Origin: an uncultured delta proteobacterium
GTDB lineage: Bacteria; Desulfobacterota; WTBG01
Assembly: GCA_963793865.1 (NCBI GenBank)
Contig: CAWCBP010000001.1
Span: 640,001 to 704,000, forward strand
Reading direction: 5' to 3'
Length of the DNA stretch: 64,000 nucleotides
The position numbers were made by a program, and so were the translations under genes. The notes below the pieces were generated by a model, which was given only the letters and a program-made list of their open reading frames with translations, was not told where the DNA came from and made no database searches. Shown piece after piece: positions 10,081 to 18,738 of the stretch. Each line of letters opens with the position of its first letter. Position 1 is the stretch's first letter.

Positions 10081-11652
10081 CTAGCTTGACGTCCCGGTCA
10101 GGCGCGCCCTGCTTCGTAAGCTCGGACCGCCGTTTCCCAGCTTTTTTGACTGCATGGGCTGGCCCTTACCGCAGTTGGATATGGGGAAGATGCGGAAGTC
10201 ATTTCCCACGGCGTCTATCTGCATGAGAAAATCGCGGCTGTCGGCAGTAATGCCGCCGTCACGGAAAAGCCGGCCGGGAGCGCCGTTTTTGATTTCATAA
10301 ACCTTCCGGGCGGTGATGCGAAAATTTTCCCGCGACTCCGCAATGGAAGGTATCCGGTGCCCCACCAGGTAATAGCCGTTATCGATTTCGCCCAGGATAT
10401 CCTTGATATCCCGGGTTCCCCCCTCGATGACCGTGGTTGACATCCTGATCAGGGGGACAACGGAGGCATCAATGCTCTTGTAGGAACCGTTGGGCTCATC
10501 CTTGAAAAGGGCCGCTGTCTGCCTGCTGTTCATGAAACCCCGGTAGACACCCCCCTGGATGTGATATACCTTTTTCCCCCTGGTCCCTTCGTTATCATAG
10601 CGATAGTGCCCGAAACCCGGAAGAGACGGGTCGGAATAGGCTGAAAGCAGGGGTGATGCCACCTGCCTGCCCACCTGATGATGATCGAAATCATTAAAAA
10701 GCCAGGAGCGGCCGGCATAGGCTGTTTCCATCTTAAGCGCCCGGTCCAGCTCATTGGGATGGCCGATAATTTCGTGGGCCAGCAGCGCGTTAAAGTGGGG
10801 ATCGGTAACCACGGTGACCGGCTTGCCCGTGTCGGGAAGCGGCGGGGCGTCGGCAAGTTCCAGGGTGTCATGTGCCAGCGCCAGTGAGAAGGAGCGAAGA
10901 TCCTTGCTGAAGATGAGGGGACCCCGGCAGCCGTTCTCAATTACCTCCCAGCCCCGCTGGTGGCCGATGTCATCGTAGTGCTCCTGGATGCCCTCCCTGC
11001 CGGAGGCCACAACATAGGCGATGCCATGGGTTATGGCAAAGGTCTGGTCTATGGCCGCGCCCTCGCTTGAGGTAAAAAATTCCCGCTCGAGCATGGTCGA
11101 GGCCCCGACCTGGTTATAGAGGATGCGGCTGTCCATGGCCGCAAGCTCTTTTGATATGTCCCTGAGGTGGGAGGAAATTTTTTTGGGCGAGATGCTGCAG
11201 GGATCAATTTCATATTCCGCCGGCACGGACTCCCGCACTATTTCAACCGGTGCCAGATCCATGTCCCAGAGGCTCTCTCCCAGCTGACCGAAGCGCTGTT
11301 TGGCCCGGGCTTTATGGCGCGCATTAAAAAGGGCCCGGTCATACGCATGGGCCAGCCCTTCATCAAGGATGGCCGTCAAGCGCGCCGGCGCGTCCTTACC
11401 CAGGGTAAGGCCGAAATATCCGGCTGAGGCAATCTCCTCTCCCGCCAGCACCCGCGCGCCGAATGAAAAGCTGTAGTCGGTCCCGCTGTATTTTTCCTCG
11501 CCGTTCTCGCAGAATGCCCCCCGCCCCTCCGACATGCTGATGCGAAGGTCGGCATAGCGGATGAACGGCCGCAGCCTGACAAAACTTCTCAGCCGGGCCT
11601 CGGTCAGCTCCTTGATGCCGTCAAGCACCCCGATGGTAAACTGGTCGGTCAT
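10081..11652 (-). CDS. tldD: TldD family metalloprotease
   Basis: HEIIGHPNELD metal motif, YDNEG, PLIRM, CGKGQP. Confidence 0.85.
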   Translation of the reverse strand: MTDQFTIGVLDGIKELTEARLRSFVRLRPFIRYADLRISMSEGRGAFCENGEEKYSGTDYSFSFGARVLAGEEIASAGYFGLTLGKDAPARLTAILDEGLAHAYDRALFNARHKARAKQRFGQLGESLWDMDLAPVEIVRESVPAEYEIDPCSISPKKISSHLRDISKELAAMDSRILYNQVGASTMLEREFFTSSEGAAIDQTFAITHGIAYVVASGREGIQEHYDDIGHQRGWEVIENGCRGPLIFSKDLRSFSLALAHDTLELADAPPLPDTGKPVTVVTDPHFNALLAHEIIGHPNELDRALKMETAYAGRSWLFNDFDHHQVGRQVASPLLSAYSDPSLPGFGHYRYDNEGTRGKKVYHIQGGVYRGFMNSRQTAALFKDEPNGSYKSIDASVVPLIRMSTTVIEGGTRDIKDILGEIDNGYYLVGHRIPSIAESRENFRITARKVYEIKNGAPGRLFRDGGITADSRDFLMQIDAVGNDFRIFPISNCGKGQPMQSKKLGNGGPSLRSRARLTGTSS

Positions 11653-11664
11653 GGCGGTTTCTAT

Positions 11665-11752
11665 CAGGTTGTTGAAAAAGCAGTTTTCCTCAGGCTGTTA
11701 AAAGCCCCTCCCCTTTGAGCCACGAATCAGATGGGTGTTTTTCAACAGCCTG
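11665..11752. mobile_element. MITE-like element, family A
   Basis: Terminal inverted repeats CAGGTTGTTGAAAAA / TTTTTCAACAGCCTG; abuts the trxA TAG stop. Confidence 0.65.
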
Positions 11753-12070
<318 letters not shown>

Positions 12071-12089
12071 ACAAAAACCTCCTTGTTAT

Positions 12090-13277
12090 TTATATTTGTG
12101 CGGCTTTCACCCGGGATGCCATCTTCCTGCCCAGTTCCTTGCACTGTTCCAGCTCTTCCCGGTCGGGCAAAAACTGGAACTGGAGGGCGGGTTCGGCCAG
12201 CTCGATGCCGGTTGCCTGCAGCTCCTCGGTGATGGCCTTGGTTGCGCCGCCGCCCCATCCGAAAGAGCCGAATACCGTCCCGATCTTGCCCTGAGGCCTC
12301 AACCCCTTCATATAACAGAGGAAGTCGGCGACTGTCGGGTACATGCCGTTATTGAGCGTGGGAGAACCGATGATGAGCCCCTTGGCATCGAGCACCTCTT
12401 TCATGATGGCCGACCTGCCGGTGCTGCTGATATTCATGAGCTTTACGGTGATGCCTTCCTCCCGCACTCCTTCCAGGATTGCCTTTGCCATCTTCTCAGT
12501 GCTGCCCCACATGGTGTCGTAAATAACCAGCACCTTGGGCCGTGCTTCATGCCGTGCCCAGGAGTAGTAGCAGTTTACAATTTTTTGAATCTCCTTTCTC
12601 CAGATGACGCCGTGGCATGGCGCGATCATGTCCAGCTGCAGGCCTTTGGCCGCGTCAAGCGCCTTGAGCACCGGCCCGCCCACGTGCAGGACGATATTGG
12701 CAAAGTAGGTGGCGGCTTCGGGGTAGATCACCTCCCAGCCGATCTCATCGTCGAACCGCTTCGAGGTGGCCAGGTGCTGGCCGAAGGCATCATTGGAAAA
12801 GAGAATTTTGTCGGAGGGAGAGTAGGTTACCATTGAATCGGGCCAGTGCACCATGGGTATCTCCAGGAAGCTCAGCTGCCGATTGCCCAGGTTCAGGGTG
12901 TCGCCGGTTTTCACTGTCTGGAAGGGCCAGTCCTTCTTGTAGTAGCGGGTTAACCCCTTTTTACCCCGCTCGCTGGTGACAACGGTTATCTGCGGGGCCA
13001 GGTCCATAACCCGGGGGAGGGAACCGGAATGGTCCATTTCCACGTGGTTGGAGATGTGATAATCTATTTTGCTGAAGGGAATGATCTCTTCAACCCGCCC
13101 CACCATCTCTTCGAAAAACGGCGCCTTGACCGTATCAATCAGGGCCACCTTGTCGTCCACAATCAGGTAGGCGTTGTAGGTTGTTCCCTCCGGCGTGTCA
13201 TAGCCATGGAAAAGCCTGATGTTCCAGTCTATGGCGCCGACCCAGTAAATCCCCTTTTTCAGTTCAACTTTTCCCAT
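12090..13277 (-). CDS. fprA: Flavodiiron protein (FprA, O2/NO reductase)
   Basis: HVEMDH, VHWPD, SNDAFG, HG diiron ligands; C-terminal flavodoxin YDTMWGST. Confidence 0.93.
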   Translation of the reverse strand: MGKVELKKGIYWVGAIDWNIRLFHGYDTPEGTTYNAYLIVDDKVALIDTVKAPFFEEMVGRVEEIIPFSKIDYHISNHVEMDHSGSLPRVMDLAPQITVVTSERGKKGLTRYYKKDWPFQTVKTGDTLNLGNRQLSFLEIPMVHWPDSMVTYSPSDKILFSNDAFGQHLATSKRFDDEIGWEVIYPEAATYFANIVLHVGGPVLKALDAAKGLQLDMIAPCHGVIWRKEIQKIVNCYYSWARHEARPKVLVIYDTMWGSTEKMAKAILEGVREEGITVKLMNISSTGRSAIMKEVLDAKGLIIGSPTLNNGMYPTVADFLCYMKGLRPQGKIGTVFGSFGWGGGATKAITEELQATGIELAEPALQFQFLPDREELEQCKELGRKMASRVKAAQI

Positions 13278-13325
13278 ATCGCTTGCTCCTTTCTCACCGT
13301 ACTGCAGATGAGCATGTCATATATG

Positions 13326-13910
13326 TTAAACAATTCCCTCTGACGCGGCAAGTGACCTTCCCAGGTCATAAGCCTCCTGCAGCGCGTCCGGATGTTTCAG
13401 AATTTCTCCCTTGCCGTCGATGCTCCGGTGGAGAAGGGCATGGGAGAGTTCCGCGTTTATGGTATCAAAGAAATACTTGACGGTCAGCAGGGTGCCGTCA
13501 AAGAGCTTTGCCCCTTTTGTCGCCCCCGCTGATATGAATATGCCTTTTTTCTTGATCTCCGATGCGCCGACCGGCAGCTTTAAAACATATTTGCGCGCCC
13601 AGAGGGCCTGCGAGCGGTCAATGAGCGCCTTGGTCTGTGCGTTGACGCCGTAAAAAAATATGGGCGCGGCCAGCACGATGCAGTCATGCGTTACCAGGTG
13701 GCTGTACATCATGCGCATATCGTCCTGGAGGAAGCATTCACCGGACTGAGAGCAGCTGTGGTCGGCAACGCAGGGAAGAATCTGCAGATCGCAGAGAAAG
13801 ATCTCCGTGGCAGCGCCTCCCTGCGCGTGCAAACCTTTTACCAGTGCTCGTAATAACAGGGTGGTGTTTCCTTCCTTGCGGGGACTTCCGTACATGGCAA
13901 GCACCTTCAT
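13326..13910 (-). CDS. Flavodoxin-fold iron-sulfur flavoprotein-like protein
   Basis: MKVLAMYGSPRKEGNT, PCVADHSC...ECFLQDDM, KALIDR; start set at 13910. Confidence 0.85.
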   Translation of the reverse strand: MKVLAMYGSPRKEGNTTLLLRALVKGLHAQGGAATEIFLCDLQILPCVADHSCSQSGECFLQDDMRMMYSHLVTHDCIVLAAPIFFYGVNAQTKALIDRSQALWARKYVLKLPVGASEIKKKGIFISAGATKGAKLFDGTLLTVKYFFDTINAELSHALLHRSIDGKGEILKHPDALQEAYDLGRSLAASEGIV

Positions 13911-13929
13911 GGAAGTGACTCCCTCATGG

Positions 13930-14040
13930 CTAGGCCAGTTCCTTGAATTTTGCCTTGCCCGCGCCGCAGACAGGGCACTTTTCAGGCGGGTTGTCCCCTG
14001 CGTGAACATAGCCGCAAACCGTGCATCTCCATTTCTTCAT
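13930..14040 (-). CDS. Small rubredoxin-like protein, 36 aa (not in ORF track)
   Basis: [46 protein letters not shown]. Confidence 0.85.
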   Translation of the reverse strand: MKKWRCTVCGYVHAGDNPPEKCPVCGAGKAKFKELA

Positions 14041-14136
14041 TGCCTTACTCCTTTCTGGTGGTGATGGGTGGATGATAGGGTTTCATGATGTATGGCCCGC
14101 CGCTGCAGTAAACTCTGTAAGGGGCCCGGACAGCGG

Positions 14137-15270
14137 TCATCCCTTTGCCCCCAGGTCTGTGTGCAACTGCAGATACTGCAAGATGTCATTTCGCCTCAAT
14201 ATGCCCATTACCCTGTTTGCCTCAACTACCGGGACCTGATGGATGCTTTTTGCCGTAAGCTTCTCGAGCGCCACGCCGGCATCATCGGAAGGTGATACGT
14301 TTTCAAGCAGGTCTTTGGGAACCATGATCTCACGCACGGATGTGAACGGCCACTTCTCGCGGGGAACCTTCTTAACGTCGTGAAGGCACACGATACCCCT
14401 GAGCAGGCCGTCACGGATCACCAGAAATCCCCGGTCCCGATGACGCAGCATGTAATCATCGACCAGCTGCTGCACGCTCATTTCCTCGGAGACGGTTGCA
14501 AAATCGGTTATCATCAGATTTTTGACCCTGACCTCGCTGAGCGCGTCCTTGATCATGAGGTGCCGGTAGCTGCTGAGGGCGGCATTATAGAGAAACCAGC
14601 CGATAAAAATGGTCCAGACCCCGTTCAGAGTGAGCCCGGAGAAAATGAGACTGATGCCCCAGAAAATGAGCAGCACCGCCACCACCTTGCCGCTGAAGGA
14701 TGCCACCCGGGTTGCCAGCCGGAAATTTTTTGTCAGGCCCCAGATGATGGCGCGCAGGATGCGGCCTCCGTCAAGGGGAAAGCCCGGTATTAAATTGAAG
14801 CAGGCAAGGGCAAGGTTGATTAATCCCAGATAGCGGAAAAGAGATGCCAGGGACGGGCTGCCGTCCCTGCAGATCCACCAGGCGGCCCCCGCGACGAGGC
14901 TGAGCGCAATGCTGGTGAGGGGACCCACAAAGGCAATCAGGAATTCTTTCAGCGGCCTGTCCGGCTCTCCGCCGATCTGGGCCAACCCCCCGAAGATGAA
15001 AAGGGTTATGCTGTGCACCTCCTCGCCCTGCTGCCGCGCCACCAGCGAATGACCAAGTTCATGTGCGAGTACCGATGCAAAAAACAGCAGGCTGGCAATA
15101 AATCCCAGGGCCCAGTTGACAAAAACAGGGTTCTGGGGATGCTGTGCGGGGAAATAGTGCCCGGCCAATGTCCAGGTTACCAGGGCAAATATGATCAGCC
15201 AGCTGCTGTCGATGTATACCTCAATGCCCAGGATTTTTCCCGGACACCAGGCATTGCGGATTTTTTTCAT
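14137..15270 (-). CDS. Site-2 protease (M50) with CBS pair
   Basis: HELGH, NLIPGFPLDGG, two CBS domains. Confidence 0.92.
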   Translation of the reverse strand: MKKIRNAWCPGKILGIEVYIDSSWLIIFALVTWTLAGHYFPAQHPQNPVFVNWALGFIASLLFFASVLAHELGHSLVARQQGEEVHSITLFIFGGLAQIGGEPDRPLKEFLIAFVGPLTSIALSLVAGAAWWICRDGSPSLASLFRYLGLINLALACFNLIPGFPLDGGRILRAIIWGLTKNFRLATRVASFSGKVVAVLLIFWGISLIFSGLTLNGVWTIFIGWFLYNAALSSYRHLMIKDALSEVRVKNLMITDFATVSEEMSVQQLVDDYMLRHRDRGFLVIRDGLLRGIVCLHDVKKVPREKWPFTSVREIMVPKDLLENVSPSDDAGVALEKLTAKSIHQVPVVEANRVMGILRRNDILQYLQLHTDLGAKG

Positions 15271-15280
15271 AGAGAACGTT

Positions 15281-15646
15281 TTACTGCCGTGATGAGGAGG
15301 TTGTGTTCATCATCTGAGAGGAGGCCCCGGTACAACAGGCGGAGAGGGCGGGATTACGAAATACTTGCTCAGATAATCGTAGAGCGTGTCCGCCTCCGCC
15401 TGCAGAGATGTCGGCGCCGGGTTTACTTCTCATGCGGTCCACGGTCGGTTTTACCATGTCTATTGTCAGGTGCGCTTCCTTTACCCGTTCCGGAGAATGG
15501 CACTTCTGGCATTTGATTTCAAACAGTTTTTGACGAGGATCTGATGCAGGTGCCGCATCGGTGGTTTGGGCAGCAGCCGCCGAAAGAAACGGGACAAGCG
15601 CCAACGCGAAAAAAAGGGAAACGAGTGTTGCGGATAGCGATTTCAT
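15281..15646 (-). CDS. Small periplasmic monoheme cytochrome c (probable frameshift near 15400)
   Basis: Signal peptide, CQKCH, distal Met (DRMRSK); alternative frame continues AEADTLYDYLSKYF and stops near 15312. Confidence 0.7.
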   Translation of the reverse strand: MKSLSATLVSLFFALALVPFLSAAAAQTTDAAPASDPRQKLFEIKCQKCHSPERVKEAHLTIDMVKPTVDRMRSKPGADISAGGGGHALRLSEQVFRNPALSACCTGASSQMMNTTSSSRQ

Positions 15647-15684
15647 GATTTCTCCTTCTGTGATTCAATACTTCGTGTGTTCGC

Positions 15685-15741
15685 AGCCCCTCCCCCTTGA
15701 GCCTTTGAACAGCGTTGGAAAATTACTTTTTCAACAACCTG
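15685..15741. mobile_element. Partial MITE-like element, family A
   Basis: Shares AGCCCCTCCCCnTTGAGCC with the 11665 copy and ends TTTTTCAACAACCTG. Confidence 0.55.
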
Positions 15742-15754
15742 CTAAACCGGATGC

Positions 15755-15991
15755 TCATTTGAGGTTGAGTGCGGCTTCAATCTTTTCCTGATCAAATCCG
15801 ATTATGACCCGGCCGTCAATGACAATGACCGGCACACTCCTTTGACTGGTCAGGGCTATCATTTCATCTCGCGCTGCCTTGTCCTGTCCCACGTCGTACT
15901 GCGTGAACGGAACATTTTTTTGCGAAAGAAACTCCTTCGCGTGATGGCAGTGGGGTCAGGTTGGTAGCGAGTACATTTTTATGTCTGCCAT
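15755..15991 (-). CDS. Selenocysteine-containing glutaredoxin/NrdH-like protein, 78 aa (UPHC; Sec codon 15956..15958; not in ORF track)
   Basis: AAGGAGG RBS; MADIKMYSLPT-TGA-PHCHHAKEFLSQKNVPFTQYDVGQDKAARDEMIALTSQRSVPVIVIDGRVIIGFDQEKIEAALNLK. Confidence 0.9.
15922..15940 (-). promoter_or_regulatory. Putative bacterial SECIS hairpin
   Basis: GCGAAGG-AGTTT-CTTTCGC starting 15 nt after the in-frame TGA. Confidence 0.65.
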
Positions 15992-16018
15992 GACGGTGTG
16001 CGCCTCCTTCCTGAAGGG

Positions 16019-16165
16019 TTAAACGGCTACCGCAGAAAATCTGCCGTGTTCCTTAACCAGTTTAAGCGAAGCCTGACAAACAGGACAGACCACGATATCT
16101 CCTTCTTTGGCATCTTGCTTCAGCTCAAAATCCGCGTTGCATAACGGACAGGTTACCATGTGCAT
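16019..16165 (-). CDS. Small zinc-ribbon protein, LysW-like fold, 48 aa (not in ORF track)
   Basis: AAAGGAG RBS; MHMVTCPLCNADFELKQDAKEGDIVVCPVCQASLKLVKEHGRFSAVAV. Confidence 0.8.
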   Translation of the reverse strand: MHMVTCPLCNADFELKQDAKEGDIVVCPVCQASLKLVKEHGRFSAVAV

Positions 16166-16206
16166 TATTCCTGCTCCTTTCACCTCGAGAGAGGTCACAC
16201 GTATGG

Positions 16207-16371
16207 TTAGGATCCCTTGATGCGGGGATCAATCTTACCCGGACCGCCGCAGTCAGGCGTATAGCAGGTAGTGTCAATAAATGCGCACTTTTCCTGGCAT
16301 GCGGGACATTGCTCAGGCGGGATATCGGTTTCGAGTGTGTAGCCGCACTTGGAACACTTGAACCAGGTCAT
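16207..16371 (-). CDS. Small rubredoxin-like protein with extra Cys tail, 54 aa (not in ORF track)
   Basis: AAAGGAGG RBS; MTWFKCSKCGYTLETDIPPEQCPACQEKCAFIDTTCYTPDCGGPGKIDPRIKGS. Confidence 0.85.
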   Translation of the reverse strand: MTWFKCSKCGYTLETDIPPEQCPACQEKCAFIDTTCYTPDCGGPGKIDPRIKGS

Positions 16372-16456
16372 TTCATACCTCCTTTGCTCGTTTCTTGCCG
16401 GCCTTTCAGAATGAAATTCGTTGAGGGTTTGCAGCTCCTTACAGCATAGTGATCAG

Positions 16457-16606
16457 AAGTTCAAATCCAAAATTCGAATATCGAAGCACGAAACAATGTC
16501 ATAAGTCCAAATATCAAATGCTCAAACCCCTGTCTATAAAGTCTTTGTTTGCATTTTGCATCTTTTTGTATTTTGGTAATTTGGATTTGTTTCGAATTTC
16601 GGATTT
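16457..16606. repeat. Imperfect palindromic element built from 7-nt units
   Basis: AAATCCAAAATTCGAATATCGAAGCACGAAACAA ... TTGTTTCGAATTTCGGATTT inverted arms. Confidence 0.6.
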
Positions 16607-16614
16607 CTCCCCGG

Positions 16615-17514
16615 CTAGAGGTATCTTTTTTGCGTCAGTTCAGGCGCCTTGTTGATGAGGATGGTGTACGGCGGAATGGATTCGGTCAGCCACACGCTCC
16701 CGCCGATGATGGAATATTCGCCGACGACTGTTTTGCCGCCCAGGATGGTCGCGCCCGAGTATATGATAACGTTGTCCTTCAGGGTGGGGTGGCGCTTGGT
16801 GCCCCGGCCTATGTTACCCGAGGCGTCTTTCTGAATGCTGAGCGCGCCCAGGGTCACCCCCTGGTAGAGCCGTACGTTGTTTCCGATTTCCGTGGTTTCC
16901 CCGATGACCACGCCGGTTCCATGGTCAATGAAAAAATTGCTGCCGATGGAAGCGCCGGGATGGATGTCGATTCCTGTCTTGTTATGGGCGTATTCAGACA
17001 TGATCCGCGGGATGAGCGGTACCTGGAGCAGGTGCAGTTCATGGGCCACCCGGTGCACGGCGATGGCCTCGACGCCGGGATAGCTGAGAATGATTTCATC
17101 CAGGTTTTTTGCCGCCGGGTCTCCTTCATAGGCGGCCTGGACATCGCCGCGCAGCTGCTGCCGTATATGGGGTATCTTGCGAAGTATGTCGAAGGTGATT
17201 TCGATGGCCTTGTCGGTGAGTGTTCCGTCGTCGCCGTTTCCCCCGCGCGATGACTTTAAGCTTTTAAGAACTTCCCGCGACAGGTGGTGATAAATAAAGG
17301 CGATCTTTTCCCAGATGTAGTAGGTGAGGTTGGACTTTGACAGCTCCTGCTTTTCATAATAGCCGGGGAAAAGCACCGCCAGGAAATACGTGGTAATTTC
17401 AACCACCCGGTCACGGGAGGGCAGGTTCGGGCCTTCGATGTGGTTGATGCCGTCTTCCGCGTCGTAGGTGCTGACGATGCTTTCAATAATCCGGGGCAGT
17501 TTCGTTTCAGTCAT
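16615..17514 (-). CDS. cysE: Serine O-acetyltransferase
   Basis: GDPAA, IDIHPGA, IDHGTGVVIGET, YQGVTLG, KRHPT. Confidence 0.93.
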   Translation of the reverse strand: MTETKLPRIIESIVSTYDAEDGINHIEGPNLPSRDRVVEITTYFLAVLFPGYYEKQELSKSNLTYYIWEKIAFIYHHLSREVLKSLKSSRGGNGDDGTLTDKAIEITFDILRKIPHIRQQLRGDVQAAYEGDPAAKNLDEIILSYPGVEAIAVHRVAHELHLLQVPLIPRIMSEYAHNKTGIDIHPGASIGSNFFIDHGTGVVIGETTEIGNNVRLYQGVTLGALSIQKDASGNIGRGTKRHPTLKDNVIIYSGATILGGKTVVGEYSIIGGSVWLTESIPPYTILINKAPELTQKRYL

Positions 17515-17580
17515 TGTCGGTAATGCCTCTTCGGATGCGATCGGGTAATGCCCTGCCGGCGGGGTGATTCCCGGACTTCA

Positions 17581-18738
17581 TCATGATCTGCCGAAAGGGG
17601 AAATCTCCCGCAACCGCTTTATAATGGGAGGCAGGGTTGCAATGGTGAAGTCAATGTCCTCGTCCGTGTTATAAATGCTCAGGCTCAGCCTGAGCGAGCC
17701 GTGCACGTAGGTAAAAGGAACCCCCATGGCCCGAAGGACGTGGGAGGGCTCAAGCGAACCCGAGGTGCAGGCGGAACCCGACGAAGCGGCAATGCCCTGC
17801 GCACTTAACAGAAGAAGGATTGATTCGCCTTCCACGTATTCGAAGCTTATGTTGGTGGTGTTGGGCAGGCGATGGGTTGCATCTCCGTTGACCTGGACAT
17901 CCGGACAGCGCTTGATCAGCTCGGCCTCCAAACGGTCCCGCAGGGCCCTGACCCGCGTATTCTCATCATCCAGGTGCAGGCGGACAAGCTCCGCGGCCTT
18001 TCCCAGCCCTATGATGTACGGAACGTTTTCCGTTCCCGCCCGCCGTCCCCGCTCCTGATGCCCGCCCATGATAAAGGGGGTGAGCTTGGTGCCCTTCCTG
18101 ATGTAGAGGGCGCCGATGCCTTTCGGAGCGTGGAGCTTGTGACCGGAAAGCGAGAGCAGGTCAATGCTGCTCTTCTTCATGTCAAGGGGGATTTTCCCCA
18201 CGGCCTGAACCGCATCGGTGTGGAAGACGGATCCCCGGCTTTTCACAATCTGCCCGATTTCTTCGATGGGGAAGATGACGCCGGTTTCGTTGTTGGCGTA
18301 CATGAAGCTGGCAATGGCGGTGGTATCGGTGATTGCCTGTTCAACATCGCTGATGTCGAGATTTCCCTTCCGGTCAACCGGCACCTCGGTGGCATCGCAG
18401 CCGTTTTTGCTTAAGTGCCGCACCAGGTTGAGCACCGCGGGATGCTCAACCCGGCTGGTGACCATGTGCCTTTTGTCGGGATATGATCCCAGTGTGCCCC
18501 TGATGGCGGTGCTGTCGCTTTCGGTGCCGCAGCTGGTGAAGATGATTTCACTCGGATCGCAGTTCAGCAGCTGAGCGACCTTCTCGCGGGCCTCCACCAC
18601 TTTTTTTTCAACCTGGCCTCCAAAATAGTGCATGCTGGAGGGGTTTCCGTAATAATCGGAAAAGTAGGGAAGCATTTCCTCAACAACTTCCGGGGCAACC
18701 CGGGTCGTGGCGTTGTTATCCAGGTAAATGGTTTTCAT
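17581..18738 (-). CDS. nifS: Cysteine desulfurase NifS
   Basis: YLDNNATT, SGHKLH PLP lysine, SSGSACTS; follows nifU. Confidence 0.95.
   Translation of the reverse strand: MKTIYLDNNATTRVAPEVVEEMLPYFSDYYGNPSSMHYFGGQVEKKVVEAREKVAQLLNCDPSEIIFTSCGTESDSTAIRGTLGSYPDKRHMVTSRVEHPAVLNLVRHLSKNGCDATEVPVDRKGNLDISDVEQAITDTTAIASFMYANNETGVIFPIEEIGQIVKSRGSVFHTDAVQAVGKIPLDMKKSSIDLLSLSGHKLHAPKGIGALYIRKGTKLTPFIMGGHQERGRRAGTENVPYIIGLGKAAELVRLHLDDENTRVRALRDRLEAELIKRCPDVQVNGDATHRLPNTTNISFEYVEGESILLLLSAQGIAASSGSACTSGSLEPSHVLRAMGVPFTYVHGSLRLSLSIYNTDEDIDFTIATLPPIIKRLREISPFGRS

Noticed and set aside
13911..14009. N-terminal extension of the flavoprotein ORF
   Set aside because: Overlaps the rubredoxin-like gene in another frame; the family start MKVLAMYGSPR is at 13910
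16019..16165. True lysW of lysine/arginine biosynthesis
   Set aside because: Lacks the C-terminal EDWGE and the pathway neighbours
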